From assembly GCA_018813685.1 (NCBI GenBank), contig JAHJAV010000055.1:1-40891 (forward strand): a stretch of DNA of 40,891 nucleotides, in the 5' to 3' direction. Position 1 is the stretch's first letter. Every line of letters starts with the position of its first letter. Made by a program: the position numbers and the translations under genes. Of this stretch, positions 37,592-40,891 are shown piece by piece. The notes below the pieces were generated by a model. It was not told the DNA's origin. It made no database searches and worked only from the letters and a program-made list of their open reading frames with translations. The DNA is from Nanobdellota archaeon. GTDB lineage: Archaea; Nanobdellota; Nanobdellia; Woesearchaeales; JACPBV01.

Positions 37592-38449
37592 ATGACAATA
37601 AAAAATCAATTCAAAACTGTAATTTTATTGGGGTTATTGACTGGGATATTGTTGTGGATAGGTTCATTTTGGGGGCAGTCTGGATTGTTGTTTGCTTTAG
37701 TGTTTTCTATATTAATGAATTTCTTTGCTTATTGGTTTTCTGATAAGATTGCTTTAGCTATATACAGAGCAAAACATGTAACTGAGGAAGAAGCGCCTAA
37801 GTTATATAGGATAGTGAGAGAGGTTTCGCATCTTGCTAAGATTCCAATGCCTAAGGTTTATATTATTCCGTCTAATATACTGAACGCTTTCGCTACGGGC
37901 CGTGGAAAAAATCATTCTGCTGTTGCAGCCACACAGGGAATTTTAGATGCATTAAATGATGATGAGTTAAAAGGAGTTATAGCACATGAAGTGTCCCATA
38001 TAAAAAATAGTGATATCTTAATACAAAGTGTTGCAGCAACTATCGCAGGAGTTATTGGGTATATAGCTATGATTGCACGTTGGGGTGCCATATTTGGAGG
38101 ATTTGGCGGTCGTGATAGAAGGGGGGGTTCAGGAATTGAGCTGTTAATATTGGCAATATTAACACCTATTTTAGCCACAATAATCAGATTAGCTATTTCA
38201 AGGTCAAGAGAATATTTAGCAGATGAATCTGGAGCTAAACTGTTACATAATGGATATGGTTTAGCAAATGCCTTAGAAAAATTAGAAAAAGGAGCACAGC
38301 AAATGCCCTTAAGGCCAACAAGCGCAACAGAAACAACAGCCCATATGATGATTGTTTCTCCGTTTAGGGGAGGGGGCTTAGTTACTCTCTTCTCAACACA
38401 CCCAGATGTTAAATCCAGAGTGAAAAGATTAAGATCGATGAATTTCTAA
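37592..38449 (+). CDS. htpX: Zinc metalloprotease HtpX (M48)
   Basis: NAFATGR, GVIAHEVSH, SRSREYLAD, LFSTHP; ATG 37592 about 22 nt after TTTAAATA. Confidence 0.95.
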   Translation: MTIKNQFKTVILLGLLTGILLWIGSFWGQSGLLFALVFSILMNFFAYWFSDKIALAIYRAKHVTEEEAPKLYRIVREVSHLAKIPMPKVYIIPSNILNAFATGRGKNHSAVAATQGILDALNDDELKGVIAHEVSHIKNSDILIQSVAATIAGVIGYIAMIARWGAIFGGFGGRDRRGGSGIELLILAILTPILATIIRLAISRSREYLADESGAKLLHNGYGLANALEKLEKGAQQMPLRPTSATETTAHMMIVSPFRGGGLVTLFSTHPDVKSRVKRLRSMNF

Positions 38450-38450
38450 A

Positions 38451-38555
38451 CCACTTGCCAACATTGATTTGGCAAGTGCAAGAAGCTTTCTAGAGACTAA
38501 ATTTTGCTGTTATAGACGTTTTGGGCAGGGCACTTGCCACTTGCCAACCCCTGCC
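38451..38555. repeat. CACTTGCCA direct/inverted repeat cluster
   Basis: ccacttgccaac at 38451-38462 and 38537-38548; extra cacttgcca at 38531; inverted copy tggcaagtg at 38470-38478; ggcaggg/ccctgcc stem at 38524-38555. Confidence 0.7.
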
Positions 38556-38588
38556 GCAGGCTATTTAAATCCAGAGTTCTATATTTTA

Positions 38589-38717
38589 GGAAAAATAGAG
38601 CACGCAAAACTGCCAAATAATGATTTTCTAATACTTAGAAAATCAATTACGCAGTTTCGCTTAATGCTCTCTTTTTCCACCCTCAATAATTTCTTTTTGT
38701 GAAAACAAAAAAGAAAT
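38589..38717 (+). ncRNA. Candidate structured RNA / 5' leader of the LAGLIDADG gene
   Basis: About 90-nt imperfect hairpin (38589-38678) plus a GAAA-tetraloop hairpin (38689-38717), downstream of TTTAAAT (38564-38570). Confidence 0.45.
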
Positions 38718-38735
38718 CAAAATGAGGTGATTGAA

Positions 38736-39860
38736 ATGAATATAAGAAAATTCCACATAAATGAACTTCCACAAGATAGGATTTTTGTTTATTTAGAAGA
38801 AGAATTTCGCAAGAAGATATTTCAAAATGTGAATGAAAATCGGTTTAAAGAGTTTAATAGGCTATTTTTTGATAACGAATTGAACTGGCCAACATTAAAG
38901 CAATGGAAGTATGGCAAACATTTTATTCCCTTATGGTTTATTGTCAAGTTCTCAGAAAAAATTCCTGAAGTTTCCATTGAGAAATTTGAAAAGCATATCA
39001 TTGCTATGAAAGGACCAAGCGTCAGCAATGTTATAGAAAATCCAAATCTACCCTTACCTGAAGATGAAAGGCTCATAAAGATAATCGGTCATTTTTTAGG
39101 TGATGGGCATGTTTCTGGTGGATTTGGTAGCGGTTTGCCTAAAGGTAAATCTCACTCTGAATACAGAAACTTTAGTTTGTTACTATTGGACTCTTTTGAA
39201 AATGATTTACAGGTATTTGGTAAAATTACACTTTCCAAAGATTACAAACATGGACATATTGTTGTACCTAACTTGATAGGGTATATCTTAGAACATCTTT
39301 ATGGAATAAAATTTGATTGTTTTAATTCCAGAGTCCCTAAAATACTATTCGATTTGCCAAGGGAACTAGTTGCAGCTTTTCTAAGGGCTTTCGGTGATGA
39401 TGAAGGCCATGTTTTTGATTCTAGCATAGAGTATTACTCATGTAATCAATTCCTTCTTACAGATATCCTAAATTTCATAAATACTAAGTTTCCTGAAATC
39501 AAAACATCAAATATTAAATCAAATTCCAAAGCAGGAAAGAATGTTAAGTATTCTTTTACAATTTATAATGGTTCTCAGAAGGTGTACCTAGATCTAATCG
39601 GATTTGATCATCCACAAAAGAGAGAAGACTTAATGTTTAATCTCCAAAGAAATAGAAAGAAAAGTAACAATGCAAAACAGGAAATACTTGATTTATTACG
39701 AAAACAAGATCTTACAGCAAAACAAATCTCTAGATTGGTTGGTTTTCGGCATTCCAATGCATTACTGCATCTTAGAAGATTAAAAGATCAGGGCAAAGTA
39801 GAGATAGTAAGAAAAGAGCATTGGGCTAATGTTTGGAGAATAAACATAGTGAGTTCTTAA
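38736..39860 (+). CDS. Free-standing double-LAGLIDADG endonuclease-like protein with C-terminal wHTH
   Basis: IIGHFLGDGHV (39081-) and FLRAFGDDEGHV (39378-); C-terminal EILDLLRKQDLTAKQISRLVG.....LLHLRRL..QGKV; SD gaggtga (38724-38730). Confidence 0.8.
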   Translation: MNIRKFHINELPQDRIFVYLEEEFRKKIFQNVNENRFKEFNRLFFDNELNWPTLKQWKYGKHFIPLWFIVKFSEKIPEVSIEKFEKHIIAMKGPSVSNVIENPNLPLPEDERLIKIIGHFLGDGHVSGGFGSGLPKGKSHSEYRNFSLLLLDSFENDLQVFGKITLSKDYKHGHIVVPNLIGYILEHLYGIKFDCFNSRVPKILFDLPRELVAAFLRAFGDDEGHVFDSSIEYYSCNQFLLTDILNFINTKFPEIKTSNIKSNSKAGKNVKYSFTIYNGSQKVYLDLIGFDHPQKREDLMFNLQRNRKKSNNAKQEILDLLRKQDLTAKQISRLVGFRHSNALLHLRRLKDQGKVEIVRKEHWANVWRINIVSS

Positions 39861-40891
39861 ATCTTATACTCCCCATCAACAACTTCTTTTATCTTCTTTG
39901 CTTTGACTGGGCCAATCTTTTCTACTTTCTGCAATGCTTCGACATCGGCATTAACAATGTTCTTTACTGATTTGAATTCCCTTAATAACGGTTTTGCTAA
40001 AGTGTTACCTACACCCGGAAGAGAAGCAATTATGTATTCCTGCCAGTCTTTTAATGACATCTCACGTTTTTCTCCGTGCTGAGTGAAATCATTTCCCTGA
40101 TCCTGTTGTTCTCTTTTTGCGATTATGTTAAAGAAAGAGGCTGTTTCTTTTGAGTTTTTTGTAAATATTATAGGTATTCCGTAGCTGATTGTAATTGCAG
40201 CTAACATCCCCCTTAATGAATTTGGATGGACATTTCTTATTGAATAGATGTCCTGTTCACCTTCTACTACAACTAACGGCTTTTCAAACTTATTTTTTAT
40301 GTCTTTTAATTGGTTCAGCAGTCTTCCATCTATCAAGCTGTTGACAAAGTCTTCTGATGTCTTGAATTCGATGCCAACTCTGGATGATAACAGGTAGTCT
40401 GCGTTGTCGAGCTTTTCTAGGATTATGAAAGCCCCTAATTCTATCAATTCTTTTATTACAGGAGAAGCTTTTTCCCTGTGGTCAACAATAACTTTTATCT
40501 TTTGGCCTTCTGGAATGTATTTTTCTATTGTTGGCTGTGGTGGGGAGAAAGTCATAGATAATTTCTTTTTTAATCCCTCTAATACCCTATACATCTTTTT
40601 TTCTTTGTGGTGAGCTGACCATTTATAGCCGACGTCTCTTGTTTCTAAAGCCATCAGGATTATTACCTTGCCTGCTTCATGCCGTCCTGTACGGCCTCTT
40701 CTTTGGATAGTTCGTATTGCTGAAGGGATAGGTTCATAGAATATGACTAAGGGAACTTTTGGAATATCCAATCCTTCTTCTGTTACAGATGTTCCGACTA
40801 AAACATTAAATTCTCCTGATCTGAACTTTTCTATTATCTCATGCTGCTGCTTTTGGCTTAGACCGGTATCTTGTTTTTTAGATTGGCCGAC
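39857..40891 (-). CDS. hef: Hef helicase/ERCC4 nuclease (5'-truncated by window edge)
   Basis: TSV.EEGLDIP, IQRRGRTGR helicase motif VI, ERCC4 VDHRE...ADY...EFKT..DF..S..DGRL..Q, HhH pair. Confidence 0.93.
   Translation of the reverse strand, partial: VGQSKKQDTGLSQKQQHEIIEKFRSGEFNVLVGTSVTEEGLDIPKVPLVIFYEPIPSAIRTIQRRGRTGRHEAGKVIILMALETRDVGYKWSAHHKEKKMYRVLEGLKKKLSMTFSPPQPTIEKYIPEGQKIKVIVDHREKASPVIKELIELGAFIILEKLDNADYLLSSRVGIEFKTSEDFVNSLIDGRLLNQLKDIKNKFEKPLVVVEGEQDIYSIRNVHPNSLRGMLAAITISYGIPIIFTKNSKETASFFNIIAKREQQDQGNDFTQHGEKREMSLKDWQEYIIASLPGVGNTLAKPLLREFKSVKNIVNADVEALQKVEKIGPVKAKKIKEVVDGEYKI

Noticed and set aside
38451-38555. Mini CRISPR array
   Set aside because: Repeats are only 9-12 bp, irregularly spaced, one is inverted, and no cas genes are present.
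38469-38702. 77-aa ORF
   Set aside because: TTG start, no recognisable motif, and it overlaps repeats and hairpins better explained as non-coding.
38727-39860. Intein or intron-encoded homing endonuclease
   Set aside because: No N-terminal Cys/Ser splicing block, no terminal His-Asn and no interrupted host gene; it has its own SD and stop codon.
1241-40613. Numerous antisense ORFs (e.g. 8586-9260, 12949-13497, 27176-27874)
   Set aside because: Shadow frames of well-supported genes, with Ser/Phe/Ile/Leu-rich composition that mirrors the sense-strand codon bias.
1-40891. Inferring RM specificity from site avoidance
   Set aside because: Both CCWGG and CCSGG occur repeatedly in the window; no depletion can be claimed without a proper count.

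Overview
Archaeal chromosomal segment, most consistent with a DPANN/Woesearchaeota-like lineage (fused PriS-PriL primase, archaeal r-proteins, TrmBL2-like protein; taxonomy is inferred). In order: partial pelota; AMP-forming acetyl-CoA synthetase; TrmB-family regulator; a tightly coupled ~12.6 kb operon (split transketolase, DAHP synthase, aroB, aroD-aroE fusion, aroA, aroC, tyrA, pheA, pheS, pheT); a YkgJ-type protein and an RbgA-like GTPase; the S10-spc ribosomal superoperon on the minus strand (rpl3 to rpl14e, with secY, but without rnp1/Rpp29, adk and cmk); a wHTH-controlled MvaI/BcnI-type restriction-modification cassette; the fused primase; a Toprim protein; HtpX; a free-standing LAGLIDADG-wHTH protein behind a strongly structured leader; and partial Hef. 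The top finding is a short leader ORF absent from the ORF track (4132-4209, ending FFLDRSCYFYFW*). It lies directly upstream of the aromatic amino acid operon and is followed by a hairpin, a U-tract and a sequence complementary to the aromatic codons. This looks like ribosome-mediated attenuation in an archaeon. No tRNA, rRNA or CRISPR array was recognised.
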